In this document: in pieces, positions 48,767 through 58,742 of the stretch
How positions within the stretch are numbered: the stretch's first letter is position 1
Layout of the letters: each line of letters begins with the position of its first letter
Source: Candidatus Daviesbacteria bacterium RIFCSPHIGHO2_02_FULL_43_12
GTDB taxonomy: Bacteria; Patescibacteriota; Microgenomatia; Daviesbacterales; UBA10151
Assembly: GCA_001776775.1 (NCBI GenBank)
Contig: MFDD01000002.1
Location: 37,746 to 101,745 of the forward strand
Reading direction: 5' to 3'
Length of the DNA: 64,000 nucleotides
Made by a program: the position numbers and the translations under genes
Notes under the pieces: generated by a model
The model's database searches: none
Told to the model about the DNA's origin: nothing
What the model saw: the letters and a program-made list of their open reading frames with translations, nothing else

Positions 48767-48812
48767 TACAGACAAGTAACAAAGGCTTACTCTAGGAAAT
48801 TAAAATGCTCAT

Positions 48813-49265
48813 TCAAATTTTAATGTCTAAGTAGTGGGTCTTCTCATTAAAAGTCACGCTCTGAAACAGATTAAAGAAGCCATCTCTTCCTAGCAATGCT
48901 ATTCTTTGCTCAAAACAGAAATCTGCCGAAACCGTATACTCATTACTATCAATTTTCAGTTTCACCTGTTTGGGAAATGCTTTTACCTGAGCGGATCCAA
49001 TACCCCCTATTGTAATGAATTTGCTTTTCTTGAAGCTAATACCTATTGATTCTCCTATATCTGCTGGTAATAAGTTTCTATCTGAGCCTGAATCGACTAA
49101 TGCAAGAAACGGTCGCGAGTATCGATGGCCATATTTAATGGAAATCATCACTAACGGAAAGAACATTTCCCCAATTATCTCTTGTGTAAGCGGATCTTTC
49201 TTAGGTCGAACTTCGTAGGATATACTAAGATCTGTTTTTGCCATTTGGGGAGTAGAATTGATCAA
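48813..49265 (-). CDS. Retropepsin-like (clan AA) aspartyl protease
   Basis: Active-site LVDSGSD motif at the expected position. About 150 aa single domain. Confidence 0.6.
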   Translation of the reverse strand: MINSTPQMAKTDLSISYEVRPKKDPLTQEIIGEMFFPLVMISIKYGHRYSRPFLALVDSGSDRNLLPADIGESIGISFKKSKFITIGGIGSAQVKAFPKQVKLKIDSNEYTVSADFCFEQRIALLGRDGFFNLFQSVTFNEKTHYLDIKI

Positions 49266-49464
49266 AGGGCATTATATATGACAATATGGCATCGTTTATC
49301 TTTTTTTTCTTAAGTTGATTGTCCACATCCTTATAGGATTTTCCCGATGCTATTACAGTAGATTTGTCCGGGGCTAGGGCCACCCACTTATTTTCATATG
49401 GTAAGAATATGTCTGATTTCATACTATAAGCATAGACTTTTTTCAAGATCCTGACAAGGTCCAT
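49225..49464 (-). CDS. Small hypothetical protein (79 aa) overlapping the protease gene start
   Basis: Co-oriented, with a 40-nt overlap with the protease ORF. Confidence 0.4.
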   Translation of the reverse strand: MDLVRILKKVYAYSMKSDIFLPYENKWVALAPDKSTVIASGKSYKDVDNQLKKKKINDAILSYIMPFDQFYSPNGKNRS

Positions 49465-49492
49465 TTTTAAATCGTAATACTATTACCAGGAT

Positions 49493-50002
49493 TTAGACGG
49501 CCTCACTTCTCGGTACTGATGTTCCCCCCCAGATGGTGTTGAAAATCTCGTCAGGGTCTCGATTTGGCGAGATATCCTCTAGTGCTGGATCTAAACGAGC
49601 TCCGCTCAGGCAATGTCGTCTGACTATTTGACGTAACTCATCTCTACCACCAACAAAGCCATTTCTCATCCACCAAAAGTACTGGGGAAGTGTTAGGTCT
49701 ACTAGCAGCTCTTTCCAATCTATGACTGCTCGAAGATAGGTATGATCAAAGCCCGGCTGGTTACTCTCTACTTCCTGAAGATGATAGCCAAAGGGAACCA
49801 TTAGCAGAGCCGTTTCTCGACCAATCTTCGCGCATCGGCCAGCTAAGTGCCCAGGCTTAAGCGAAGGATCTACTCTGGCCGGATAGATCGACATTCTACC
49901 TCGGAAATTGCGTAAGTTAGGATTAAACTCACCAAAATGCCTTTTTAATATATGCTCTAAGCTTAGCTTAAAATGAGGTATGGAGTTGGTAAAAGTTTCC
50001 AT
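49493..50002 (-). CDS. Hypothetical protein (169 aa)
   Basis: First gene of the three-gene minus-strand module. No recognised motif. Confidence 0.4.
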   Translation of the reverse strand: METFTNSIPHFKLSLEHILKRHFGEFNPNLRNFRGRMSIYPARVDPSLKPGHLAGRCAKIGRETALLMVPFGYHLQEVESNQPGFDHTYLRAVIDWKELLVDLTLPQYFWWMRNGFVGGRDELRQIVRRHCLSGARLDPALEDISPNRDPDEIFNTIWGGTSVPRSEAV

Positions 50003-50082
50003 AAAGCAGATTGTACTATAAGCACTACTTAGGCTAGAGCACTTGACCTGAGCTCCTTTAACCGGTTACACTAAAGTCTCTG

Positions 50083-50703
50083 ATGTCTTTTGACCTGCAA
50101 AGCCTATTAACAGGCGACCTAAAATCTATTATCGAAGCAGTAGGATATATGGGGGTATTCCTGATGGTTTTTGCTGAGTCCGGTATGTTACTCGGGTTTT
50201 TTCTACCGGGAGACAGCCTACTTTTTACTGCAGGATTCCTGGCTTCGACTGGAATCTTTGATATCACCTTTTTAACAATTGGCTGCTTTGTCGCAGCAGT
50301 TGCCGGAGATACCGGAGGATATTATATTGGCCGAAAGTTTGGGAAAAGATTATACGCCAGAGAGAACTCTAAATTATTCAAGAAAGAACACTTGGTCCAG
50401 GCTCAAAAATTCTACGAAAAACATGGCGGAAAAACGATCATTCTAGCCAGATTCGTGCCTGTTATTCGGGCCTTTGCTCCAGTAGTGGCTGGTATGGCAG
50501 ATATGAAATATTCTACCTTTATTTCATATAATATAATCGGGGGGTTACTTTGGGCTATTGGACTAACCCTGACCGGCTACTTTTTGGGTTCCCTTATTCC
50601 TAACGTAGATAAATATCTGCTACCCATCATCGGAGCAATTGTGCTCGTTTCCATAGTCCCTGGGCTGATTCATATTATCAAAGAGAAAAAGAAAACCTCC
50701 TAA
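50083..50703 (+). CDS. DedA-family (VTT/SNARE-associated) membrane protein
   Basis: FFLPGDSLLFTAGFLA signature plus G-rich re-entrant region. Confidence 0.8.
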   Translation: MSFDLQSLLTGDLKSIIEAVGYMGVFLMVFAESGMLLGFFLPGDSLLFTAGFLASTGIFDITFLTIGCFVAAVAGDTGGYYIGRKFGKRLYARENSKLFKKEHLVQAQKFYEKHGGKTIILARFVPVIRAFAPVVAGMADMKYSTFISYNIIGGLLWAIGLTLTGYFLGSLIPNVDKYLLPIIGAIVLVSIVPGLIHIIKEKKKTS

Positions 50704-50765
50704 ATCCCGAAGAGTTTAATTATCCATGTGACAAAAGTTCAATTTAGGTTTAAACTACAGCAGAT

Positions 50766-51458
50766 ATGCTAACCATCGTGCCAACTCCAATCGGAAATTT
50801 AAAAGACATCACTCTGCGCTCTTTGGAAGCTTTACAAGACTGTGATGGAATAATCTGTGAAGATACCCGGCGCACTAGCCTGCTTTTAAATAACTACCAG
50901 ATCAAAAAAGAGCTTTTCATCTTAAATGACTTTAATGAAAAAGCTCAACTAGAAAAAATCATCTCCATAGTGCAGACCGGTAACTATTGTCTAGTTTCGG
51001 ATGCCGGAACTCCTTTAGTCTCTGATCCAGGATTTAAACTAATTAGAGAGTGTCTGGCTAAAAATATTAAGGTCGATTCGCTACCGGGAGCCTCAAGTAT
51101 TTTACCCGCTTTAACTCTGTCTGGGCTTCCTCCGAATAGCTTCTATTTTTGTGGATATCCGCCAGACAAACCAGGCCATAGAAAACAGCTTTGGGAACAG
51201 CTCAAAGCGATCTCTGAGCTCTCGACTACTACCTTTATTGTCTTTATGGCTCCTTTTAAGGTTAATAAAACTCTAGTTGAGATGATAGAAACTCTAGGCG
51301 ATGTTGAAGTAGTTTTAGCTCGGGAGTTAACCAAAATTCACCAAGAAGTAAAAAAGCAAACGATCAGTCAATGGCTTGCAGAGTTTAAAAAGAAAAAACC
51401 TAGAGGAGAATATGTGGCCCTGGTTTATCTTCCTCAGGGAAGTACCAAGAATCAATAA
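50766..51458 (+). CDS. rsmI: 16S rRNA (cytidine1402-2'-O)-methyltransferase RsmI
   Basis: Tetrapyrrole-methylase fold start LTIVPTPIGNLKDIT and C-terminal ELTKIHQE. Confidence 0.8.
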   Translation: MLTIVPTPIGNLKDITLRSLEALQDCDGIICEDTRRTSLLLNNYQIKKELFILNDFNEKAQLEKIISIVQTGNYCLVSDAGTPLVSDPGFKLIRECLAKNIKVDSLPGASSILPALTLSGLPPNSFYFCGYPPDKPGHRKQLWEQLKAISELSTTTFIVFMAPFKVNKTLVEMIETLGDVEVVLARELTKIHQEVKKQTISQWLAEFKKKKPRGEYVALVYLPQGSTKNQ

Positions 51459-51472
51459 TCAAGAACCAAAAA

Positions 51473-52975
51473 TCAACTTGTTTTTTTACGGACAAGGCGG
51501 CGCTCGAGGAAGCCGATATGCTCATGGACAAAAGGAGCGGCCTCTTTGGAAACTACTACCCCCCAAACTCCCCGCTCAATCAAAAACTCTAAGACGTCAT
51601 CATTTAAACTATAGCTGCCAATACACAGAATGGGGATCTTTTCCTGATGCAAAAGTCTAATTGGTCCGTCCAGAAAGCTTAGCAAAGCATCTAATTGCTG
51701 CTTACCGGCGAAACTCGGTTTATAAAAAGCGCTTTCCGGCTCGTTGGGGTCGAACCCTCCAATCCAGGCAAAAAGTTCATCTAAATGAAGCAATGCTCCG
51801 TCAAAACCTACTTCCAGGTATTTTTCTAAATTCAGTAAGTTTTCCGGGACTGCTAGTTCTAACCACAGTTTAAGGGTCGATTTACGGGAAACACCAAGGC
51901 TGGATAGCTCTCTTTTGAGCTGAGTAAATTCGCTGACTCCACGAGTAAAAGGAATGGCAATATCAATATTAAGAAGCTGTTTTTTATTGCGGGCAAAAAG
52001 ATAAGCACTGACTTCGGTTCGCAGCAGATTATTTTGATGGAGCAGCCGCAAGCTACCCCTGATCCCTCCAACTTTATCAACTACATCAGACAGCCTAAAA
52101 ATTACCGGACTCTGGTAAAAAGTTTGAGCACATTCGATAAGCTGCAGAGCCTGGCGGTCAAAATCCGGACCCTCAGACTCGGCAGTGTCGGAGCTGACGG
52201 ACGCCGAAACCACCGCTCCCTGTACCCCTTCTACAAAATCAAACGAACTTGTCATTTGCAAAAAAACTTGTAGGGCACTCTGCCGAAAGACCTTTTTAGC
52301 CTCCTGGCGAGTTGAGACTGCCTGTTTTTCCTCCTGCTCAGAAACGGACAATTCTCCGCCATATGGTAAAAGTTTAACCAATTTTAGATGATCTATGGAC
52401 AGACCATCGATGATCCAGAAAAAAGTTTGGGGCAAAAGCAACATTTTATTTCCTGCCTGAACAATACCGTCAATTTTTTCTAAAAATTTTGAAGTAAGGC
52501 TGCCTTTATGAATTACTATCTGAGTATCGCTTAGCCCAGCGTTGTAATAAGCTTTACCGGAGTGCAGAATTTTAGCAGTAAAAAACACTGGGTGAGCCAA
52601 CAGATGGTTTGTGATACCCTTGGAAAATCCTTCTCTCCAAATACGCGAGCGGATATCCGATAGCCAGACATCTAAGAGGTTAGTCCAGGTCGCTTGGGGG
52701 TCGATCCGCCTTTTTAAAAGCTCGGCTTTTAGATCCTCGGGAAGGGGAATTTGGGATATTTCTTGCTTAACTAAAGTTAACCTTTGTTCAAAGATCTCAT
52801 GGTCTCTGAGATCGAAGTGCTCTAAAATCGTCTGCAGCTTGATGTGTGGAGGAAAAACAGCTATCCCATCAGCTACAGGAAGCCCGGCTCGTTGCAACCG
52901 TGCTAAGCGGACAAGTTCACCTCCGACTACGGGGGCATCTTGATCAGTAATTGATTTAATCGGCAGGTAATTCAC
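51473..52975 (-). CDS. PEP-utilizing-enzyme-like protein (ATP-grasp-like N-domain, TIM-barrel-like C-domain), unknown function
   Basis: N-terminal VVGGELVRLARLQRAGLPVADGIAVFPP resembles the PPDK/PEP synthase nucleotide-binding domain. C-terminal CIGSYSLNDD resembles the IGSNDL motif. No phosphohistidine domain. Confidence 0.35.
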   Translation of the reverse strand: MNYLPIKSITDQDAPVVGGELVRLARLQRAGLPVADGIAVFPPHIKLQTILEHFDLRDHEIFEQRLTLVKQEISQIPLPEDLKAELLKRRIDPQATWTNLLDVWLSDIRSRIWREGFSKGITNHLLAHPVFFTAKILHSGKAYYNAGLSDTQIVIHKGSLTSKFLEKIDGIVQAGNKMLLLPQTFFWIIDGLSIDHLKLVKLLPYGGELSVSEQEEKQAVSTRQEAKKVFRQSALQVFLQMTSSFDFVEGVQGAVVSASVSSDTAESEGPDFDRQALQLIECAQTFYQSPVIFRLSDVVDKVGGIRGSLRLLHQNNLLRTEVSAYLFARNKKQLLNIDIAIPFTRGVSEFTQLKRELSSLGVSRKSTLKLWLELAVPENLLNLEKYLEVGFDGALLHLDELFAWIGGFDPNEPESAFYKPSFAGKQQLDALLSFLDGPIRLLHQEKIPILCIGSYSLNDDVLEFLIERGVWGVVVSKEAAPFVHEHIGFLERRLVRKKTS

Positions 52976-53477
52976 TTATTGTTTGTACCTCTATAGTATC
53001 TCCTATATGTATGTTGTGTGAAGAGACAAAACCGCCGTTTACTTCTAAAACCATATCCGATTCAGTTTTAGGGGTATAAATGGGCAATTCGCTATCAATT
53101 TGGCCCTCCATCGGGGGTTGAATATTGGGCATGATATCCACAATCCGATTATTGCTTATAAAGATAATATCCAGCGGAAATTGCAGCCCTTTCATCCAGA
53201 ATCTTTGTTTAGCAGGTGAGTCAAAAATAAACAGCATCCCCGAATTTGGATCGAGCGAGGTTCGACCTCCTAAACCCTTAGCCCTTTTGGCCTTGGTGTC
53301 GGCAACATCGACTGTAATAGTGGTAGAAGCTATTTTTACTTGAGTTTGAGTTTCGGACGGAGTTCCTCCATCAAATCCTCCTAAAAAAGCGCTGAAGTTT
53401 TCGGGCTTTAAGGCATATTCCAGAAATAGAAAGGTTAATACGACCAGTAGAATCAGCTGAATGAAAAACTTCTTCAT
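52956..53477 (-). CDS. DUF192 family protein (second paralog)
   Basis: GMLFIFDSPAKQRFWMKGLQFPLDIIFI matches the DUF192 core. Signal peptide. Confidence 0.6.
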   Translation of the reverse strand: MKKFFIQLILLVVLTFLFLEYALKPENFSAFLGGFDGGTPSETQTQVKIASTTITVDVADTKAKRAKGLGGRTSLDPNSGMLFIFDSPAKQRFWMKGLQFPLDIIFISNNRIVDIMPNIQPPMEGQIDSELPIYTPKTESDMVLEVNGGFVSSHNIHIGDTIEVQTISELPAD

Positions 53478-53480
53478 TAA

Positions 53481-54041
53481 TTAATAATAACATGCTGACC
53501 AGAGGCCTTTTTTAGCAGCTTGGGCTTCGGCTTCCGCTTCTTTGAACCGACTAACTAATTTTACGTCTGGAGGGTAAGTACTAACCTGGGCAAATCCCGA
53601 CCTGACCAAGTAGTCGTTTAAAAAAAGAAAGTTTCCATCGTCTAACTTAATGTAAACAAAGCGCAGTAACCTGCCGAATTTATCAGTTTCGGAGACATCT
53701 TTTTGTAAACTGACTTGACGACCCAAAGCCAGGCGTTTGGTTTCGTTGGAGGCCTCATTGCCAAAACATTGGATCGGACGACGAGGATCAACTGTTTCAG
53801 GCGTATTGATACCTATTAATCGAACGGTCTTTTTTCCGCCGCTAATGGAGACTTCGAGGGTATCCCCATCCACTACTCGGGTAACGGAAACTAGCTGGGC
53901 GGAGGGAGTTGCTTCACCAAGGATTTGTAAAGAAGAACTGGGGCTAGACGTCAGGATAGTGGGCTCTCTTATTCCCTGGTAAATAAGGCTAATTCCGAGA
54001 ATTAAAGTTAAGATTAATACTAAGGTAGATTTTTTAAACAT
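53481..54041 (-). CDS. Thermonuclease (staphylococcal nuclease homolog), secreted
   Basis: VVDGDTLEV...RLIGINTPE... SNase core motifs. Signal peptide. Confidence 0.8.
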   Translation of the reverse strand: MFKKSTLVLILTLILGISLIYQGIREPTILTSSPSSSLQILGEATPSAQLVSVTRVVDGDTLEVSISGGKKTVRLIGINTPETVDPRRPIQCFGNEASNETKRLALGRQVSLQKDVSETDKFGRLLRFVYIKLDDGNFLFLNDYLVRSGFAQVSTYPPDVKLVSRFKEAEAEAQAAKKGLWSACYY

Positions 54042-54069
54042 TTCTTCTTTGACACTTTTCTGTAATGCC

Positions 54070-55026
54070 TTAATTAGAGAAGATTTGGGTGATCATTAGA
54101 CCGTATTCTTGACCGTCCATGATCCCAATCCCGATCTTGGCGTAATCAGTCGACAAGATATTGGCCCGGTGGCCTTCGGAGTTCATTAACCCCTGATGAG
54201 CCAAGCTTAAGCTCGGGGCATAAGCTAAGTTTTCCCCGATCACTAAAAAATCTATTTTGGCCACTTCTGCCCGATCAGCCACACTTTTGCCCTCCGGGGA
54301 ATGATGGGCAAAGTATCCTCTTTGGAACATATCCGCACTATGAGAACGGGCTATTTCGCGCAAAGCCGGATCAAATTGTAAAGCCGCAAGTCCCCGAGAA
54401 ACTCTCTCTTTATTCACCAGAGCAATCATGTCAGCTTCTTGTTTTTCATCTGGCAAGTAGTTTTTTAGGGTGAATCCTAAATTAATTGTCTCGTCACTTT
54501 TGGGTTTGATCGTTAAGAAAGCAAGGGAATTATTAGAGATTCCTCCAAAAACACTTTTAAAGGGGCCTTCAAACTCTTCGACCTGCGCTAGAATCCGTGA
54601 ACCGATTACGGAATTCTTAACCGCGATCTTTAAACCCGGATTAAGTGGAAAGGTCCCGATGATTAGTAAAATTAAGCTTACAAAAACTAGTCCCCGGAAA
54701 AAAGCCGGAATCATCGAAAAGGGCGCCAGCCGGGAGCTAGCGCGATTAACCCATTTTAGCCTCCAAAACCCCAATCGGATGAGGACAAAAAGCACTGCCT
54801 CGATGGCAAACCAAATTCCTACAAACCCTATAATATTAGCCAGGGCATGAGGAAGCTGAAACATGGTTGTCGAAAGCTTCGCAGCATAGTTGTAAAACCG
54901 TAAGGAACCAAGGAAAGCTATTGTAAAGGCTAACAGGTCAAGAATTTCCGCAAAAAAGTCCCGCCCAAAGCCTTCAAAGGTAAAAAATACTACAGTCAAG
55001 ATAATACCGAGATCAATCCAGTTCAT
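54070..55026 (-). CDS. CvpA-family membrane domain fused to CAP/SCP (YkwD-like) domain
   Basis: N-terminal CvpA-like 4 TM. C-terminal ...FAHHSPEG...GENLAY... CAP-domain motifs. Confidence 0.6.
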   Translation of the reverse strand: MNWIDLGIILTVVFFTFEGFGRDFFAEILDLLAFTIAFLGSLRFYNYAAKLSTTMFQLPHALANIIGFVGIWFAIEAVLFVLIRLGFWRLKWVNRASSRLAPFSMIPAFFRGLVFVSLILLIIGTFPLNPGLKIAVKNSVIGSRILAQVEEFEGPFKSVFGGISNNSLAFLTIKPKSDETINLGFTLKNYLPDEKQEADMIALVNKERVSRGLAALQFDPALREIARSHSADMFQRGYFAHHSPEGKSVADRAEVAKIDFLVIGENLAYAPSLSLAHQGLMNSEGHRANILSTDYAKIGIGIMDGQEYGLMITQIFSN

Positions 55027-55087
55027 CGATCTATTATCTAATAAATCCCCAATACTTACAAAATTACTGTATACTATGATCTAGCCT

Positions 55088-56026
55088 ATGGCCCAAGCAT
55101 ACTCAAAAGTTCGTCCCGTGGTCACTGTTTTAGTTCCTGCTTTTAATGAAGAAAAAAATATTTTAAAGGTTTTAAATAAGATTCAGGCTTCTCCATTCGT
55201 CAACGAGATCATCTGCATCAATGACGGCTCAACCGATAACACTTACCAGCTAATTAAGGAAATTAGGGGGATTAAGGTCATTCACTTAGCTAAAAATCAT
55301 GGCAAGTCCTACGCTATTGCCACCGGCATAAAAAAAGCCAAAGGGGAAATCATTGTGTTTGTGGACGCTGATATAATCGGACTGAGTAGTTCGTGTCTAA
55401 AACAGCTCGTGCTACCACTGTTTAAACACGAAGCAGACGGCGTACTTGGTTATCCCATGCAGTACAAAGTCGATAGGTTTTTTAAGCCGCTGACCGGAGA
55501 ACGAGCCTACTTCCGGAGTGACCTGATGCCTCATCTGTCAGAGCTGGCGCAGAAAGGCTTTGGACTGGAGCTTTTCTTAAATTATCTGTACAAGGATAAA
55601 CGGATCAAGGCAGTGCCTATCCAGGGCAAGAATATGATGAAACACCATAAATATTCAAGTTATTCCCAAGCTATCAAGGGGTTAATAATCGAAAACACGG
55701 ATATTATCAAAGAGATCTTTAAGCAAACCAAACCTTTAAATTATCTAAAGCATTCTTACCTGTATCCTTTTTATCTACAAAAGAAGGATCAGGTGAAGAG
55801 ACGAGAAAATTTTGTCCGAATATCAATAGTGGGATCTTTGGTAATTGGGATGGCAATATTTACTTTTCCAGCGTTGGTTAAAGCTCGAGCACCGCTTTAT
55901 CAAAATATCAAAATAGGTTACCAAAAGATGACTACGGCTATCGAACAAAAGGTCAAGGATTATCCGGTATTACAAGAGAGTTTAATGAAATCTGGCACCA
56001 AGGTCTATCGAAACTTGCGCCCTTAG
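55088..56026 (+). CDS. Family 2 glycosyltransferase
   Basis: VLVPAFNEE, INDGSTDNT and VFVDADI (DxD) motifs. Confidence 0.8.
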   Translation: MAQAYSKVRPVVTVLVPAFNEEKNILKVLNKIQASPFVNEIICINDGSTDNTYQLIKEIRGIKVIHLAKNHGKSYAIATGIKKAKGEIIVFVDADIIGLSSSCLKQLVLPLFKHEADGVLGYPMQYKVDRFFKPLTGERAYFRSDLMPHLSELAQKGFGLELFLNYLYKDKRIKAVPIQGKNMMKHHKYSSYSQAIKGLIIENTDIIKEIFKQTKPLNYLKHSYLYPFYLQKKDQVKRRENFVRISIVGSLVIGMAIFTFPALVKARAPLYQNIKIGYQKMTTAIEQKVKDYPVLQESLMKSGTKVYRNLRP

Positions 56027-56036
56027 GTCGCGTCTA

Positions 56037-56062
56037 TCAATCCCGATTTAATCGGGATTGAT
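56037..56062. terminator. Perfect 13-bp inverted repeat (ATCAATCCCGATT/AATCGGGATTGAT) between the convergent GT2 and typA genes
   Basis: Read directly. Likely a bidirectional terminator hairpin, though it has no clear U-tract. Confidence 0.4.
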
Positions 56063-56128
56063 CATTTCTGACTGCGACACAAAGGGCCATAAACACACAT
56101 CCCTATGAAGTTATTTGCGGACGAACCC

Positions 56129-57916
56129 TTAGTATTTTTTATTCAAATCTATTTTTCGTAAACGAATAGTTTTGGGAGTCACTTCTACTAACTCTGAATC
56201 GTCAATATATTCTAAGGCTTCTTCAAGACCCATTACTTTAGGAATATTAAAGTGCTCAGAAACACCTTCACCCCGGGAACGCATATTGGTCTGCTGCTTT
56301 TCCTTGCAGACATTGACGCTCATATCCCCCGACCTTGCATTTTGACCGATTACCTGACCCTTGTATACCTCTGTTGCGGGAGCGATAAAAAGTATGCCTC
56401 GATCCTGAATCTGAGTTAAACCATAAAGTTTAGTGGAACCATTTTCAAAGGCAATCAAGGAACCACGATCTCTTTGGAAGGCCGTGCCTGTATCTTCGCG
56501 GTAGTCCAAGAAGGACGAGTTAATTAAACCAAGCCCCCGGGTATCGGTAATAAACTCACTACGATAGCCAAATAGCTCTTTGGTAGAAATCACAAATTCC
56601 AGATAAGTTATGCCATTATCGGAGTTCATATCCTGTAACTCGGCATGTCTAATCCCCAGCTTTTGCATCACTACCCCGGAGGAGTCATCCGGCACCTCGA
56701 TAAATAACCTTTCATAGGGAGTTAATTTTTTACCATTTTCGACTTTTTCGATAACCTGGGGGCGGGAGACCTGGAATTCGTAGCCTTCACGGCGCAATCT
56801 TTCTATCAAGATTGCCAAATGCAGCTCGCCCCGACCAGAAACTATCCACCCGCCCGATGTATCATCGGCTACGCGTAGAGCTACGTCAGTTTCCAGCTCC
56901 TTGTATAACCTATCCCGGATCTGACGAGAAGTCTTAAATTCTCCTTCTCTGCCGGCAAAGGGAGAGGCATTGACCGAAAAAGTCATCCGGACAGTTGGCT
57001 CCTCGATGGCTAAAAGAGGCAGCGCTATCGGATCCTGTGGATCAGAGATAGTTTCTCCGATGGTAATATCTGGAATCCCCGACAGGGCAACAATATCTCC
57101 GGCCTGGGCTTCTAGTGCATCGACTCTGCCTAGTCCGACAAAAGACATCAGAGAAGTCAGTCGAAATCTTTTTTGTTCGCCGGAGCGATTGATATGTACC
57201 ACATCTTGTCCGGCTTTTATCGTGCCATTGATTACTCTACCCGTGGCAATCCGTCCCTTGTAGTTGTCGGGGCTAAGGGTAGTAATCAACACCTGTAACG
57301 GACGGGTCGGGTCTCCTTGGGGGGCTGGGATATGTTCCATGATCGCTTCAAAAACCGGAGTAATACTAGTCATTTTACTAAGATCCGGCTCCAAACCAGC
57401 TAAACCATTTTTGCCTGAGGCGTAGACAACCGGAAAATAGGCCGCATCTTCATCGGCCCCTAGCTCCAGAAACAAATCAAAGGTTTTAGAGATAACGTGG
57501 TCTATTCGGGCATCTGGCTTATCGATTTTATTGACCACCACGATGATTTTAAGCTTCATGGCCAGAGCCTGTTTAAGCACAAACCGAGTCTGTGGCATCG
57601 GGCCCTCTTTGGCATCAATCAATAGCAAACACCCGTCAGCCATTTTAAGCACCCGCTCCACCTCTCCACCAAAATCGGCATGTCCAGGAGTGTCAATAAT
57701 ATTTATCTTGGTGCCGTTCCAGTCCACCGAAGCATTTTTTGAGAAAATAGTAATCCCCCGCTCTTTTTCTAGTTCGTTAGAATCCATGATCAATTCGGAG
57801 GTATCAGTGAACTCTTTTCCGAGCTTGGTTTGGGTTTGACGAAGAAGCGCATCAACTAAGGTAGTTTTTCCGTGATCAACATGGGCAATAATGGCAACAT
57901 TTCTAATATTATTCAT
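56129..57916 (-). CDS. typA: Translational GTPase TypA/BipA
   Basis: NVAIIAHVDHGKTTL G-domain plus EF-G-like domains. 595 aa. Confidence 0.9.
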   Translation of the reverse strand: MNNIRNVAIIAHVDHGKTTLVDALLRQTQTKLGKEFTDTSELIMDSNELEKERGITIFSKNASVDWNGTKINIIDTPGHADFGGEVERVLKMADGCLLLIDAKEGPMPQTRFVLKQALAMKLKIIVVVNKIDKPDARIDHVISKTFDLFLELGADEDAAYFPVVYASGKNGLAGLEPDLSKMTSITPVFEAIMEHIPAPQGDPTRPLQVLITTLSPDNYKGRIATGRVINGTIKAGQDVVHINRSGEQKRFRLTSLMSFVGLGRVDALEAQAGDIVALSGIPDITIGETISDPQDPIALPLLAIEEPTVRMTFSVNASPFAGREGEFKTSRQIRDRLYKELETDVALRVADDTSGGWIVSGRGELHLAILIERLRREGYEFQVSRPQVIEKVENGKKLTPYERLFIEVPDDSSGVVMQKLGIRHAELQDMNSDNGITYLEFVISTKELFGYRSEFITDTRGLGLINSSFLDYREDTGTAFQRDRGSLIAFENGSTKLYGLTQIQDRGILFIAPATEVYKGQVIGQNARSGDMSVNVCKEKQQTNMRSRGEGVSEHFNIPKVMGLEEALEYIDDSELVEVTPKTIRLRKIDLNKKY

Positions 57917-58020
57917 AAATTAAGATCTGAAAACTCGTGTTAGATCTAAGATTTTAAATTTTTAAATATTTCAGACGTGTAATAGTATCATTTTCGAGGA
58001 GAAATAACAAATTTATGAGG

Positions 58021-58704
58021 CTACTTACCGAAGCGGCGGGTACGGCGGTAGTATTCGTCAATAGCTTTTTCAAACTCGGCTTCGTCAAAATCCGGGAAAT
58101 ATTTGTCGGTAAAGTATAATTCACTATACACACCCTGCCAAGGCAAAAAGCCGCTTAACCGATACTCTCCACTGGTTCTAATAATGAAATCTGGATCCAT
58201 TTGGCCAGCAGTATATAGATTATTTGAAAATGTCGCCTCGTCTACAGACTCTAAGCCCTGTTTGATAATATTATTTACTGCCCGAAGAATCTCTGACCGA
58301 CCTCCATATCCCAAACCAACATTTAAAATAAGGGTACTGTTGTCTTTGGTCTCCTCGGTTAGTTTGTGGAGATTTTCTACCAAATCTTTGGGGAATCTAT
58401 CCAGCTCACCAATGACATTAACTCTGACTCCCTTTTTAATATACTTTTTAAGAAAACTACTCTTAAATAACTTTCTAAAGATATCCATGAGGTATGCGAT
58501 TTCCTCTGGGGAGCGGTTGAAGTTTTCGGTAGAAAAAACCCAAAAGGTTAGGTATTTAAGATGATGTTTGAGGGCGACCTTGACCAAGCCCTCGGTCCGT
58601 TCGTAACCTTTGGTATGCCCAACTACGCTAGGCAAGCCCTTGGCTTTGGCCCATCGCCTATTGCCATCGGGAATAATGGCAACGTGTTGGAGGTCTTGAG
58701 GCAT
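58021..58704 (-). CDS. uppS: Undecaprenyl diphosphate synthase (isoprenyl transferase)
   Basis: HVAIIPDGNRRWAK and the downstream cis-IPPS motifs. Confidence 0.85.
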   Translation of the reverse strand: MPQDLQHVAIIPDGNRRWAKAKGLPSVVGHTKGYERTEGLVKVALKHHLKYLTFWVFSTENFNRSPEEIAYLMDIFRKLFKSSFLKKYIKKGVRVNVIGELDRFPKDLVENLHKLTEETKDNSTLILNVGLGYGGRSEILRAVNNIIKQGLESVDEATFSNNLYTAGQMDPDFIIRTSGEYRLSGFLPWQGVYSELYFTDKYFPDFDEAEFEKAIDEYYRRTRRFGK

Positions 58705-58742
58705 AGAAGTGTTATTTTAAATTATTGATTTGGAAATAACAA

